This document shows, in pieces, positions 49,110 through 62,284 of a stretch of 64,000 bases of DNA (positions are counted from its first letter, which is position 1; each line of letters starts with the position of its first letter). The translations under genes and the position numbers were made by a program. The DNA is taken from positions 138,324,001 to 138,388,000 of the forward strand of contig CM059431.1 in NCBI GenBank assembly GCA_030390025.1, given 5' to 3'. The notes under the pieces were generated by a model. That model was given only the letters and a program-made list of their open reading frames with translations, did no database searches and was not told the origin of the DNA. Source of the stretch: Squalus acanthias. Lineage: Eukaryota.

Positions 49110-49757
49110 ATGGCAGGTACAGCAATACATTAGGAAACCAAATGGTATGTTAGCCTTTGTTACAGAAGATTTGAAGTATAGGATTAAAGAAGTGTTACTG
49201 TAATAAAATAAGGCCTTGCTGAGACCACACCTGGAATACTGTGTACAGTTTTTGTCTCCTTGCTTGAGGAAGGATATACTTGTCTTAGAGGGAGTGGAAC
49301 AAAGATCCAAGAAACCGATTCCTGTGATGATGGGATTGTCCTATGAAGAGAGATTGAGCAGACTAGGCCTATATTCCCTAGAATTTAGAAGAATGAGAGG
49401 TGATCCCTTTGAAACGTGTAAAATCTTTACGGGGTTTGTCAGGGTAAATGTTCTCAGGATGTTTCCCCTGGCTCGGAAGTCTGGAAATAAGTGTCACTGT
49501 CTCAGAATAAGGGGTTGGCCATTAGGATTGAGATGAGGAAAAAATTCTTCACTCAAAGGGTTGTTAATCCTTAGAATTATCTACCCCAGAGGGCTGTGGA
49601 GGCTCAATCAACGAGTATAATCAGGACCGAGATACGAAGGGAACCAAGGGATATCGGGTAGTGCGGAAGGTGGTCTTCAGGTAGAAGATGAGCCATGATG
49701 GTATTGAAGGGCCGAATGACAGACTCCTGCTCCTATTTCTTATGTTCTTATGTTCTT
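49110..49757 (+). mobile_element. CR1 3' fragment
   Basis: LRPHLEYCVQF...GLYSLEFRRMRGD; tail tcttatgttcttatgttc. Confidence 0.88.
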
Positions 49758-50094
49758 CAGTAGGATTTTGATAGGACCCATCATCTTCTCTGTGACCAGT
49801 GTGTTCCAGCGCTTCCTAATGTCACGTGGAGTGATCTCCATTGGCTTGACGCTGGGCTGAATGCTAATGGAGCCACGTTTGATCATTAAAATGGCACTTG
49901 TGTCTCAATCTGCTTCGAACTGCTTTTGTCGTTTTGGTCTTATTCGTACTTTCACTAAGTTAGTGCCTCATTCTCAGTTCCAATGCTTTAGTTGATGTCA
50001 CGTTATTTAATTTTCACAATTAAATACATAGTTGGCATTTTGATTATATAGTGGCAGGAGATTATAGGATCTTATAGGTCAGGCGATCAGATTT

Positions 50095-50990
50095 TGACTC
50101 AGAGTCACAGAGTCATAACGGCACAGAAGGAGGCCTGTCGGTCCATCGAGTCCTTGCCGGCTCTCTGCAGAGCAATCCAGTCAGTCCCATTCCCCCGCTC
50201 TGTACCCGAAGCGCTGCAAGTGTATTTCCCTCAAGTGCCTATCCGGTCTCCCCTTGAAAACATCGTGTGTGTCCGCTTCCACCACTTCCACCGGCAGCGA
50301 GTTCCAGGTCCTCACCATTTGCAGCGTAAAAAAGTGTATCCTCACATCCCCCCTGTATCTCTTGCCCAAAACCTTAAATCTGTGTCCCCTCTTTCTTATA
50401 CCTCATCTAGTGGGAACAGCCTTTCCCCGTCTAGCCTATCCAAACCCGTCATAATCGTGTACACCACTATCAAATCATCCCTCAATCTCCTTTGCTCTAA
50501 TGAAAACAAATCCAGCTTCTCCAACTCGTCCTTGTAGCTAAAATCCCCCATCCCTGGAACCATTCTGTTAAATCTCCTCTGCACTCTCTCAAGGGTATTC
50601 ACATCCTTCCTAAAATGTGGTGAACAGAACTGGATGCAATACTCCAGTTGTGGCCTAATCAGCGCTTTATAAAGAGTCAGCATATCTTCTCTACTATTGT
50701 ACTTAATACCTCTATTTATGAAACCCAAGATCCTATATGCTTTGCTAACCATTCTCTCAATATGTCCTGCCACCTTCAGGGACCTATGCACCTTAACTCC
50801 CAGTGCCCTCTGTCCCTGCATACTCTTTAAAACTGTGCAAATAAGTGTATATTGCCTCTCCCTTTTCCTTCTGCCAAAATGCATCACCTCACACTCCTCT
50901 GTATTAAATTCCATCTGCTACTTGTCTGCCCATTTTGCTAGCCTTTCTGTGTCCTGTTTGAGTCGATTGGTATCATCCTCACATTTTGCC
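50095..50990 (-). mobile_element. CR1 3' fragment, reverse
   Basis: MEFNTEECEVMHFG...LYKALIRPQLEYCIQF. Confidence 0.9.
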
Positions 50991-51847
50991 ACACAGCTGT
51001 TTGTCGTGGGATATAATTCTGCGATTGCGAAGAGCCTACAACACCGTATAGATGCCCAGTATCTGGCTACTAGTTATTGTTTCACTTGTACCACTGCACA
51101 ACAGAGGGTGTTCGCATTGTGGAGTGCAGGCCTTATCAATAGAAGGACTTTGTGGTGGTTACACCGATCAACGCAATCGTCTACAGAAGTGTCTCTGACA
51201 GCTGCGTTATTGAAGATGAGATCGAGTAGGTTACTCCATCCTGTCAGTACTCTCACAACACAGGCAGTAATCTGGGAGATTGTCTTTGTAAATATAATCT
51301 GTATCAGGATGTTGCTTGAGCAATCTGTGGGGGAGCTCTTCCAAATTAGCACCAGTCCCCAGATGGTAATCACGAAGCTTTTTCTGTGTTGGCCCGTCTG
51401 CAATTGGCTGAGTCTTGTCCTGAGTTGATGCTGAAGTGCTGTTGATTGGTCGATATTAAAGTTCCCTTATTTATTGTTTCAATCGCGTGATCGGAATATC
51501 CCTTTGTTTGTCAGCACACTTGCGTGTTCTTTTTCTGTGAATATTCTTTCCCAGGCCCGTGTTCTCTTTGGCAGGGATGTGGCCATCTTGCAATGGAAAG
51601 TGAGAACGAAGGAGAGACAACTTTATTAGTAATGTTGGGAGATTTAGTCACTTCCATAGATTGTTTCCATTTTTCAACAATAATTTTTTACATCAGATAT
51701 TCTGCAATGTGTAAATATGCTTTCATGTTTGTTTGGATTAAGTGTGATTGACTCTGTCTAACAGGATCATCTATTTGACTGAATATTGGCAAGTTTCTCC
51801 GGCCTGCTGCACTCCCACAGTGCCGAGTTTCAAATATACAAAATAAT

Positions 51848-51985
51848 TCCGACGAAAGATCATCGACCTTAAAAGTTAACTCTGTTTCTCTCTTCACAGA
51901 TGCTGCCTGACCTGCTGAGTATCTCCAGCATTTTCTGTTTTTATTTTAGATTTCCAGCATTTGCAGTATTTTCTTATTTTCTTTT
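51848..51985 (+). mobile_element. Penelope terminal-repeat fragment with degenerate hammerhead core
   Basis: ccgacgaaagatcatcgaccttaaaagttaact...gatgctgcctgacctgctgag, similar to 43860-43960; flanked by near-repeats of tacaaaataat. Confidence 0.7.
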
Positions 51986-52094
51986 TGTACAAAATAATCC
52001 TGTCGTTTTCTCTCTGCAAGTATCTCTGGCGGAGTCTAAGCAGCGTTATTTCCAGGGTTTGGATACCATGTACAGACAGTTTGAGCAAATATAG

Positions 52095-52650
52095 CCCACC
52101 CATTGTGCAAACATCGCATCACCACACCTACGACGAGAATATGCAGTCTTCAGAGAATACAACCGCTGCACCAGCAAAGACATGCCGATCCAGGCCGACT
52201 TGAAAAACCTACCACCAACCCGTCTCTAATCTAGAAGGCCATTTTGGACCGTCGCCAAAGCCCTTCAGCGAACTCCCCTCAGACTTGATGACCGATGGCG
52301 AAATGCTTGAAAGAATTGCGACAAACGGAATGTATTCCTTATAGAGTTCCCCACAGTACAACCTGAAGGGTCAAACCTTCCTCGCAAACAGTGGACAAAC
52401 ATCAACCGCCTCAGAACTGGTCATTGTAGATGCTGCCTCCTTCTCCATAGATGGAAGTTCAAATCATCCCCATCATGTGACTGTGGAGCTCCTAATCAGA
52501 TCCTGGAACACATCATTGAGCACTGCCCTCAGAGGAAATTCACAGGCATCCTACAATAAATCCACGCTGTTACACCGGAAGCTTTGGCCTAGATATCTAA
52601 CTTCGATATTGACATTTGATCTGATTTGCAACGACCATACAAAAGAAGAA
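52095..52650 (+). mobile_element. RTE/RTEX-like LINE 3' fragment
   Basis: Hand translation: LPRKQWTNINRLRTGH...SPSCDCGAPNQILEHIIEHCP (C-terminal CCHC); tail catacaaaagaagaa. Confidence 0.65.
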
Positions 52651-52759
52651 AAGTGCAGAGTTGCAAATATACAAAATAATCTTGTCTATTTCTCTCTGCA
52701 AGTATCTCTGGTGGAGTCTAAGGAGCTTTATTTACAGGGATTGGATTCCATAGATATGC

Positions 52760-53230
52760 TGACTGTTTGAGCAAATATAGCATGGGAGACAATATATTTT
52801 TCTGATCCATTCTTCTGATCCATTGGCCGGCGAAAGCTCGGGTTCCTGTCCCGGATTCGCCTCTGGGTCTGCGATGGCTGTGAAACTTGCTGCATTTTAT
52901 CCCGTTGGGCAAAGCCCGTCTTGGACTAGCCCAGTGCCAGTCTGCTGGTCCACCTCCACATTGTCCCAGTCCAGTGTATTTATTAGTTTGTGTTCAAATT
53001 GCCTCGTCACAAAGGACGCCTTCTCCTGGGGGACTGTAACAGGTGTGAGGGATTAATTTGGGACCTTGAACGAAGTGAATCCCAATAGTTTCTTCTGTAA
53101 CTGATGTTCGAAAGTCGGCGCTTTCTAGAGTAGTTCGTTTCCTTTACAGATATAGCGACTCCTTTCCCTTTCTCTCCTCCCATATCGATCCAGAAAAATA
53201 TAACTTTAAGGAGAGGAGTTTGGCTTTAAT
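52760..53230 (-). mobile_element. Ancient LINE endonuclease remnant
   Basis: Hand translation across frames: GKGVAISVKE, TCYSPP, LDWDN, VQDG; resembles CR1 APE motifs. Confidence 0.4.
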
Positions 53231-55154
53231 GCGACAACACTGATTCTAAAGAAGCTATTTTATTTATGAACAGTAACAGGTGGTCAATTATATAACCTAA
53301 GTATTCTTCCACAATGTGTTTAGCTGTAAGATCTGTTTATTTTTATAAAGCTGGTCGGCCTTACAAAAAGGACCACCTCGCACTGCTCCACTGTATCGAA
53401 TGCTTCCGCCTGCACCACGTGGTTCCTGTTGGACTAATTTATGCTCGAGGTGCTTCACAATGTTTTTCCATTGTTACAGTTCTCTCACTGTAAACTGTGA
53501 GATAGATCCTTTTCCTTACTTGATGCACATTTCCAGTTAATGTGTGGTGCTAAGATGTTGAATTGATTCCTAATATTACTTGTATTGTTGTTGTGTTTAT
53601 CAGGTGCTTTCTAGCGCTAATGACCTTCTGTCCCCCACACCTTCAGTACAGCCAATCCCAGGTCAGCTAGAGCGACTTCGATAATCTCGTAACTAACATT
53701 TGGTGACCAAACAACGTTGTTGCTTTTTAACAATTACTATTTGGAACAATAGTAAGACGCAGTTTTCTAGGCTTTCCTTGGCCGCAGTGAACTCTAGGAA
53801 ATTAGACTCAGATTCAACACATGTTTGCATCTATAGAACAGGCAGCTTCCCTCGACATCTACCGATATTATTACCATATTGATTAAAGCATTATTTGACA
53901 ATGTGTGCCTGTTTATATTGACTTGTCCTGGTGGCAGTGTGTTGTAAATCTAGTTATAGTGAGTCATCAATGAGTTTTGGAATGCAATGTGTGGTTAAAT
54001 CGTATAAATATTCAGGATTATTATCAAACATCGGACTGGATTTTGTCCTTTCAGCTCACCGTACTGATCAGGGAATCTGAGTAAAATAATTTATCAGTGT
54101 TACACACATTCTTCGTAACAATGTGCAGAAGCTCCACAAGACTGGAAAGGTCCGTGCAATTCACCATCTCCTTTATCATTGAACGCTTTGCGGCGATATG
54201 CTGCTCGAAGTTTACAACGTCGTATTGCACGGAGAGGACTGCAGCCGCGGTCTAACAGTGATCACCGATCTGGTCTGTTTAAGTGACAGCCTCTGATGCC
54301 TTGAACCGAAAGAAACAATTGACAATGTGCAGCACACGTGTGGAATTCCTAACATTCCCCTCATGGGCAGAATATTCCAGGGGAAATCCATGTTTTCCCC
54401 TTGTTGCCATTTGTTTTGATTTCACTGTTTAATTATCTGACCGTGAGACTCATGTTGCCGTCCAATCGAGTCCGCAGGTAACTCCGGGTCAGAGCAGCGA
54501 GAAGGAGAGCGATCATGAGAGGGAGAACCGAAACAGATCGATCATTTCGCTCTTCACTCTATCGCATAGTTTTATCTTCAGGTGGTTGACGGCTGCTGCG
54601 AGTGTTTTAGTTGTCAGAATGACGGCAAGCGCTCATTACCAAGGTGATTACACCAACCCGGAAAACCTCAATCCGGGTTCAAGCTCATGTATCTGAATTC
54701 CTGCACGAACATGTGCAATTATGGATCAACTTTGACCAAATACAGAGAAGAGCTGAAGACTTTGCTGATATTTCTCAGCCTGGTTTAAAGATAAACACAT
54801 AAATTAAGTCAAAACAAAATTTGCAATCCAACATTAGAGCTCAGTGTCAGTTCTTGATGTCGCTTTGATTAGTTCACTGTTCAAGAACACAGTAGGATGG
54901 TTCTTGTAAACAAAAGCAGGTGCACAGAAATATCCCCATTATGTAGCATACGATTCACGTCGGCATTGACTCTGGGTACCTGTAGAAAATGAAGCTGCAA
55001 ACTGCAGTGTGGAACAGGAAGGAAAGTGGAAAGACATGACCGAAATTCCGATGTGGGTGAAGCTCATGGTCAGGAGACACGCCACCGACTTATTGTGACA
55101 GCGTCTTGGGCCTGTTACACAGGAACAGGAGAAAGTGAAGCAGCCCATCTAGTC

Positions 55155-56285
55155 AGTTACATAGAACCATAGAATGGTTACAGCACGCAAGCAGGCCATT
55201 CGGCACATCAAGCCAGTACCGACTCTCAGCCAGTCCCACTCCCCTGCCCCTTCCCCGTAGCTCTGCATTTCCCCCCCTCAGATACTCCTCCAACTCCATT
55301 TTGAAGGATAAGAGTAAGTCTGCCTCCACCATCCTTTCAGGCAGTGTATTCCAGATGTTAACCACTCGCCGCGTAAAAAAGTTTTTTCTCTTGTTGCCTT
55401 TGGTTCTTTTGCCAATCACCTTAAATCTGTGTCCTCTGGTTCTCGACCATTCTGTCAATGGGAACAGATTCTCTATAACTAATCTGTCCAGTCACTCATG
55501 ATTTTGAACACCTCTATTAAATCTCCTTTCAATCTTCTCTGCTCCAAAGAGAATAACCACAGCTTCTCCAGTCTATTCAAGTAACTGATGTCCCTCATTG
55601 CTAGAATCATTATCGTATATATTTTCTGTACCTTCTCGAAGGCCTTCACATCCTTCCTAAAGTGTGGTGCCCAGAATTGGACACAGAACTCCAGTTGGTG
55701 CCGAACCAGTTTTTTTATACAGGTTCATCATAACGTCCTTGATTTCTAACTCTATACCTCTATTTATGAAGCCCACGATCCCGTAATCCTTTTGTAACTG
55801 CTTTCTCAACCTGCCCTGCCACCTTCAACGATTTGTGCAAACATAGCCCCAGGTCCCTCTATTCGTGCAACCACTTTGGCATTGTAGCCTTTAGTTTATA
55901 TGTTCTCTCCTCATTCTTTCTACCGAAATATATTACTTCACACATTTCTGCATTAAATTTCATCTGACACGTGACCGGCCATTTCACCAGCCTGTCTTCC
56001 TGAAGTCAATCACTATCCTCAGCATTGTTCACTATTGTTCCAAGTTTTGTGTCATCTACAAAGTTTGAAATAGTGCCCTGAACACCCACGTCCAAGTCAT
56101 TAATATATATCAAGAAAATCAATGGTCCGAGAACGGACCCCTGGGGAACACCACTATATAGCTTCCTCTGGTCCGAAAAACAACCGTTCACGACTACTCT
56201 CTGTTTCCTTTCACAAAGCCAATTTATTATCCATGCTGCCACTGTCCATTTCATTCCATTAGCTTCAATTTTTTTCAAAGCCTAT
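55155..56285 (-). mobile_element. CR1 3' half, reverse
   Basis: [39 protein letters not shown]; tail catagaaccatagaat. Confidence 0.92.
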
Positions 56286-57277
56286 TATGTAATGAGAAAG
56301 GATTAATTAGCAATCTTGTTGTGCGAGGCCCCTTGGGGAGGAGCGATCATAATATGATAGAATTCTTCATTAAAATGGAGAGTGAAGTAGTTAACTCAGA
56401 GACTAGGGTCCTGAATTTAAATAAAGGAAACTACGATGGTATGAGGCACGAGTTGGCTAGGATGGTATGGGAAAGGTTACTTAAAGGGTTGACGGTGGTT
56501 AGGCAATGGCAAACATTTAAAGATCGCATGGATGAACTACAGAATTTGTTCAACCCTGTTTAGCATAAAAATAAAACAAAAAGGGTGACTCAAACGTGGC
56601 TAACAAGGGAAATTAAGGATAGCATAAAATCCAATGAGAGGACATATAATTTGGCCAGAAAAAGCAGCAAACCTGAGGACTGGGAGCAATTTAGGATTCA
56701 GCAAAGGAGGACAAAGGGATTAATTAAAAGGGGAAAAACAGATTATGAGAGTAAGCTTGCAGGGAACATAAAAGCTGACTGTAAAAGCTTCTACAAATAT
56801 GTGAAGATAAAAAGATTGGTGATGTCAAGTGTAGGTCCCTTGCAGTCAGAATCAGGGGAATTTATAATTGGGAACAAACAAATGGCAGACCAATTAAATA
56901 CATACTTTGGTTCTGTCTGCACAAAGGAGGACACAAATAATCTCCCAGAGATGTCGGCGAACATAGGGTCTAATGAGAGGGAGGAATTGAATGAATTCAG
57001 TATTTGTAGGGAAATGCTGTTAGGGAAATTGACGGGATTGAAGGCCGATAAATACCTAGGGCCTGATAATCTACATCCTAGGGCACTTTATGAAGTGGCC
57101 CTCGAAATAGTAGATGCATTGCTGGTCATCTTCCAAAATTCTATAGACTCTGGAACAGTTCCCATGGATAGGAGGATAACTAATGTAAACCCACTATTTA
57201 AAAAAGTGGTCGAGAGAAAACGGGGAATTTTAGACCGTTAAGTCTGACATCGGTAGTGGGAAAACGCTAGAGTCCAT

Positions 57278-57385
57278 TATAGAAACATAGAAACTAGGAG
57301 CAGGAGTAGGCCATTCGAGCCTGATCCACCATTCAATACGATCATGGCTGATCATCCAAATCCAGTACCCTGTCTCTGCTTTCTC
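57278..57385 (-). mobile_element. Short CR1 3' tail, reverse
   Basis: tagaaacatagaaactaggagcaggagtaggccattcg. Confidence 0.75.
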
Positions 57386-57675
57386 ACACAGAATCCCCAC
57401 AGTACATCGAGCCTGCACTGACACATATCCCACCCTATCCACGTAACCCCACATATTTAATCCCCCCCTAACACTAAGGGTCAATTTATCATAGCCAAAT
57501 CAACCTAACCCGCACATTTTTGGACTGTGGGAGGAAACCGGAGCACCCGGAGGAAACCCACGCAGACACGAGGAGAATGTGCAAACTCCACACAGACAGT
57601 CACCCGAGACCAGATTCGAACCCGGGTCCCTGGCGCTGTGTGGCACCAGTGCTAACCACTATGCCACCGTGTTGC
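57386..57675 (-). mobile_element. HE1-like V-SINE (tRNA-derived)
   Basis: Minus strand A box TGGCATAGTGG, B box GGTTCGAATC, V-domain GTGTGGAGTTTGCACATTCTCC..GTCTGCGTGGGTTTCCTCCGGGTGCTCCGGTTTCCTCCCACAGTCCAAA. Confidence 0.9.
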
Positions 57676-58565
57676 ATAAAAGATGCAATAGCAGAGCGCT
57701 TGGAAAACAGTGACAGGATCAGACAAAGTCAACATGGATATACAAAAGGTAAATCATGCTTGACTAATCTACTGGAATTATTTGAGGATGTAACTGGTAG
57801 AATAGATAAGGGAGAACCAGTGGATGTGATATATTTGGACTTTCAGAAGGCTTTCGATAAAGTCCCGCAAAATAGATTAGCGTGCAAATTTAAAGCACAC
57901 GGGATTGGTAGTAAGGTACTGTCTTGGATAGAGAACTGATTGGCAGACAGGAAGCAAAGAGTTGGAATAAACGGGTCCTTTTCCGAGTGACAGGCAGTGA
58001 CGAGTAGAGTACCGCAGGGATCGTTGCTAGGACCCCAGCTATTCACAATATATATAAATGATCTAGACGAGGGAAGTAGATGTAATATCTCCAAGTTTGC
58101 AGATGAAACAATGCTGGTTGGGCGTGTGTGCTGTGAGGAGGATGCAGATAAACTCCAGTATGATTTGGCCAGGTTGGGTGATTGGGCAGATACATGCCAA
58201 ATGCAGTATAATGTGGATAAATGCGAGGTTATCCACTTCGGTGGCAAAAACAGGAAGACAGATTATTATCTGAACGCCAATAGATTGGGAAAGGGGAAGT
58301 GCAACGCGACCTGGGTGTCCTTGTGCACCAGTCGCTGAAAGTAAGCATGCAAGTGCAGCAGACGGATAAGAAGGCAAATGGTATGTTGGCTATCATAGCG
58401 AGAGGATTCGAGTACAGGAGCAAGGACCCTGCAGTTGTACAGGGCCTTGGTGAGATCACACCTTGAGTATTGTGTGCAGTTTTGGTCAATTTATCTGAGG
58501 AAGGCTGTTCTTGCCATGGAGAGAGTGTAGTGAAGATTCACCAGACTGATACCTGGAATGGCAGG

Positions 58566-60602
58566 TAAAACATACTGTGGAGGAGGAATTCCTAGAGTGT
58601 TTACGGGATAGTTTTCTGGAACAATATTTCGAGGAACCAAACAGAGATCAGGCCATCTTAGACTGGGTATTATGTAACGAGAAAGGATTAATTAGCAATC
58701 TTATTGTACGAGGCCCCTTGGGTCAGAGTGATCATAATATGATAGAACTCTTCATTAGGATGGAGAGTGAAGTAGTTGAATCAGAGACTAGGGTCCTGAA
58801 TTTAAATAAAGGAAACTACAATGGTATGAGGCGCGAATTGGGTAGGATTGATTGCGGAATGTCACTCAAAGGGTTGACGGTGGATAGGCAATGGCAAACA
58901 TTCAAAGACTGCATGGATGAACTACAGAATTTGTTCATCCCAGTGTGGCATAAGAATAAAACAAAAAGGTTGACTCAACCGTGGCTAACAAGGGCAATTA
59001 GGGATAGCATAAGATCCAAGGAGAGGGCATATAAATTGGTCAGATAAAGCGGTAACCCTGAGGTTTGGGAGCAGTTCAGCATTCAACAAAGGAGGACAAA
59101 GGGATTAATTAAGAAGGGGAAAATAGAATATGAAAGTAAGCTTGAGGGGAACATAAAAACTGACTGTAAGAGCTTTTATAGATATGTGAAGAGAAAAAGA
59201 TTAGTGAAATCAAGTGTAGGTCCCTTGCAGTCAGAAGCGGGGGAAGTTATAATGGGTAACAAAGAAATGGCAGACCAATTAAATACATATTTTGGTTCTG
59301 TCTTCACAAAGGAGGACACAAATAACCTCCCAGAGATGTTGGGGAACATAGGGTCTGATGAAAGGGAGGAACTGAAAGAAATCAGTATTTTTAGGGAAAT
59401 GGTGTTAGGGAAATTGACGGGATTGAAGGCTGATAAATCCCCAGGGCCTGATAATCTACATCCAAAGGTACTTAAGGAAGTGGCCCTAGAAATAGTAGAT
59501 GCATTGCTGATCATCTTCCAACATTCGATGGAATCTGGAACTGTACCCCTGGACTGGAGGGTAGCTAATGTTACCCCACTATTCAAAAAAGGGTGGTAGA
59601 GAGAAAGCGGGGAATTACAGACCGGTAAGCCTGACATCGGTAGTGGGGAAAATGCTAGAGTCCATTATAAAGGATGTAATAGCTGAGCACTTGAAAAATA
59701 GTGACAGGATCGGACAAAGTCAACATGGATTTACAAAAGGTAAATCGTGCTTGACACAGCTACTGGAATTTTTTGAGCATGTAACTGGGAAAATAGATCA
59801 GGGAGGACCAGTAGATGTGGTCTTTTTGGACTTTGAAAAGACTTTCAATAAGGTCCCGCATAAGAGATTAGCGTGTAAAGTTAAGGCACATGGGATTGGG
59901 GGCAAGGTATTGACTTGGATAGAGAACTGGTTGGCGGACAGAAAGCAGAGAGCGTGAATTAATGGGTCTTTTTCCGAGTGGCAGACAGTGACTAGTGGGG
60001 TACCGCAGGGATCGGTCCTTGGACCCCAGCTATTCACAATATATATTAATGATCTAGATAAGAGAACTAAATGTAATATCTCCAAGTTTGCAGATGACAT
60101 AAAGCTGGGTGAGCGTGCGTGCTGCGAGGAGGATACCGAGAAACTCCAGGATGATTTGGACAGATTGGGTGAGTGGGCAGAAGCGTGGCAGATGGAATAT
60201 AACGTGGATAAATGCGAGGTTATCCACTTTGGTGTCAAAAACAGAATGCAGACTATTATCTGAATGGCAATAGATTGGGAGAAGGGAAAGTGCAACGAGA
60301 CCTGTGGGTCCTTGTGCACCAGTCGCTGAAGGTAAGCATGCAGGTGTAGCAGGCGGTAAAGAAGGCAAATGGTATGTTGCCCTTCATAGCGAAAGGGTTT
60401 GAGTATAAGAACAGGGATGTCCTGCTGCAGTTGTACAGGGCCTTGGTGAGACCACACCTTGAGTACTGTGTGCAGTTTTGGTCGCCTTATCTGAGGAAGG
60501 ATGATCTTGCCATGGAAGGAGTTCAGCGAAGATTCACAAGGCTGATACCTGGGATGGCAGGAATGACATATGAGGAGAGATTGGGTCGATTTGGCTTATA
60601 CA
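58566..60602 (+). mobile_element. CR1 ORF2 fragment, same subfamily as 56286-58565
   Basis: LDWVLCNE..SDHNMI, KSPGPDNLHP, NYRPVSLTS, FADD. Confidence 0.93.
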
Positions 60603-61374
60603 CAGCTAACGGGATTAAATCTAAATCCATCTGTATGAATGAGACATGCAGCAGATGTCAAGCTATGAATAGGATCGTAGGTACAATGTACATAAAGATC
60701 TCAGAGAAACAGCATGTGGTCTAGGTGAATACCCCAGGTTCAGTACTGAGTATTAAACCAGTGCCTGGCGGCTGACAGGATGGGAAAAGCCGAACCTCAG
60801 GTGTACAGGTACAAACCCAGGGGTCAGTCCGCCCAGTGAGGAGAAGAGGACACAGCTGCTCATCTCCTCAAGTTATCCAATCCTCTATTGGCATCAACAA
60901 CCCAACCTCAATATTTCCGGATCAAATGAGAAAAATCTTTCCTTGTTGGTTATCTGCTAAACCAGAGACCAAATGCCAAACCTGCTCTGACTCTCCGGTA
61001 ACATGCAGCTGAACCCCCCGCCCCTTCCCCCCCACCCCCGAACTCCACTATCGAATGAAAGCCTCTGCCTGATCTAACCAAGCTCTCTCAGCCGCAGTTA
61101 TGCCACAATAGAAACAGTCCACCCTTTCTGGAGAACCACACGGAGGGAGAGCGGGAAGAGCTCTCTCTTTCTCTTTCTCCATCTCTATTGGTTTACCTCT
61201 CCCCTATTCCTATCTTCTCTCTCCCTCTCTGTTTTTCCTTAAATATCTTTTTCTTTCTTTGCTTTTGTTTCCTCTAATCTTCCAGCTCTCTCTTTGAAAG
61301 TCATTCATTTTCTTTCTCTGTCCCGCTCTATCTTTCCGCCACTCTCTATCAATTGTCTCTCTATCTCCCTCTAT

Positions 61375-61625
61375 AGGTAAGAACTGGGCAATTCAGCCGA
61401 TTGAGCCTGTTCTGCCATTCAATTATATCATGGTTGATCGCTATCCTTATTCCATCTACCACCTTGTTTCCTTAACCCAACAAAAATTAATCTATCTCAA
61501 TTTTGAACATTTCGACTGAACCCCAGCCTCAACAGCTTTTTGGGGAGAGAGTTCTAGATCTCCACTGTCCTCTGTGTGAAGAAGTGTTTTCTGGCATCAC
61601 TCCTGAATTTTCCTAGCTCTAATTG
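61375..61625 (-). mobile_element. CR1 3' fragment, reverse
   Basis: FRSDARKHFFTQRTVEI and CR1 3' UTR. Confidence 0.75.
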
Positions 61626-61859
61626 TTCTGGTCTCTCCCACCAGAGGAAATGTCTAACATTGCCTGAACAAAGCCACAGCTCCTCCAAAAGGCAAGGTTG
61701 TGACGGTGAGGGAATGTTCATCAATAGACCAAAAACAAACCATCTCTCCATGTCTGGCCCTCGCTGTTCATCTGACGGTCAGTCACCCTCGGGGGCTAAG
61801 GGAAATAAATCTTTCTGCTTCCCTTTACAACACGGATATACCTGATCTCATCGTAACCT

Positions 61860-62170
61860 GTGTATCTCAATTTGAGGACTTTCTGCAAAGCTCTAATGTG
61901 CAGAATATATTTCAGTCTCTACACGTTGGGATCTGTTTGGAGCGGGGCTTGAACCCTTCACCATCTGACTCAGAGATGGAATTACTATCTCTAAAACAAA
62001 AACTCGCTCCTGCACTCAGTATTTGGCCATTTAACTCATTGCTTGTGGGACCTTTTCTTTACAAATTGGCTGCCGCGTTTCAACAGTGAATACACTTAAA
62101 AATATTTCATTGTCCTCTAAACACTTTGCGACGCCCAGCAAGGTGCCATTTAACTGCAAGATCTTCTGTC
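61860..62170. mobile_element. Degenerate SINE remnants (tRNA head on minus; DeuSINE-like 3' part on plus)
   Basis: gggcttgaaccc..tctgactcagag; caaattggctgccgcgtttc..acagtgaatacactt..tgcaag. Confidence 0.5.
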
Positions 62171-62284
62171 TTTCCCGGTATCAAGATGTTACAGGTTCTT
62201 CTTCCACCCATGTTATCCTTCAAGTATTCCTTACAACATTATGTACAAAAATAATCCTGAACATTTTCTTGCCATCTTTTGCTG

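Larger units (their letters stand above)
56286..58565 (+). mobile_element. CR1 ORF2 fragment, degenerate, with nested inserts
   Basis: [43 protein letters not shown]. Confidence 0.92.

Noticed and set aside
50697..51428. 243-aa plus-strand ORF
   Set aside because: Antisense to CR1 fragments; no independent coding signal
52760..53040. Candidate upstream NLR exon on the minus strand
   Set aside because: Contains stops and is better explained as an old LINE endonuclease remnant
57600..57675. tRNA gene
   Set aside because: A/B boxes belong to the head of a V-SINE
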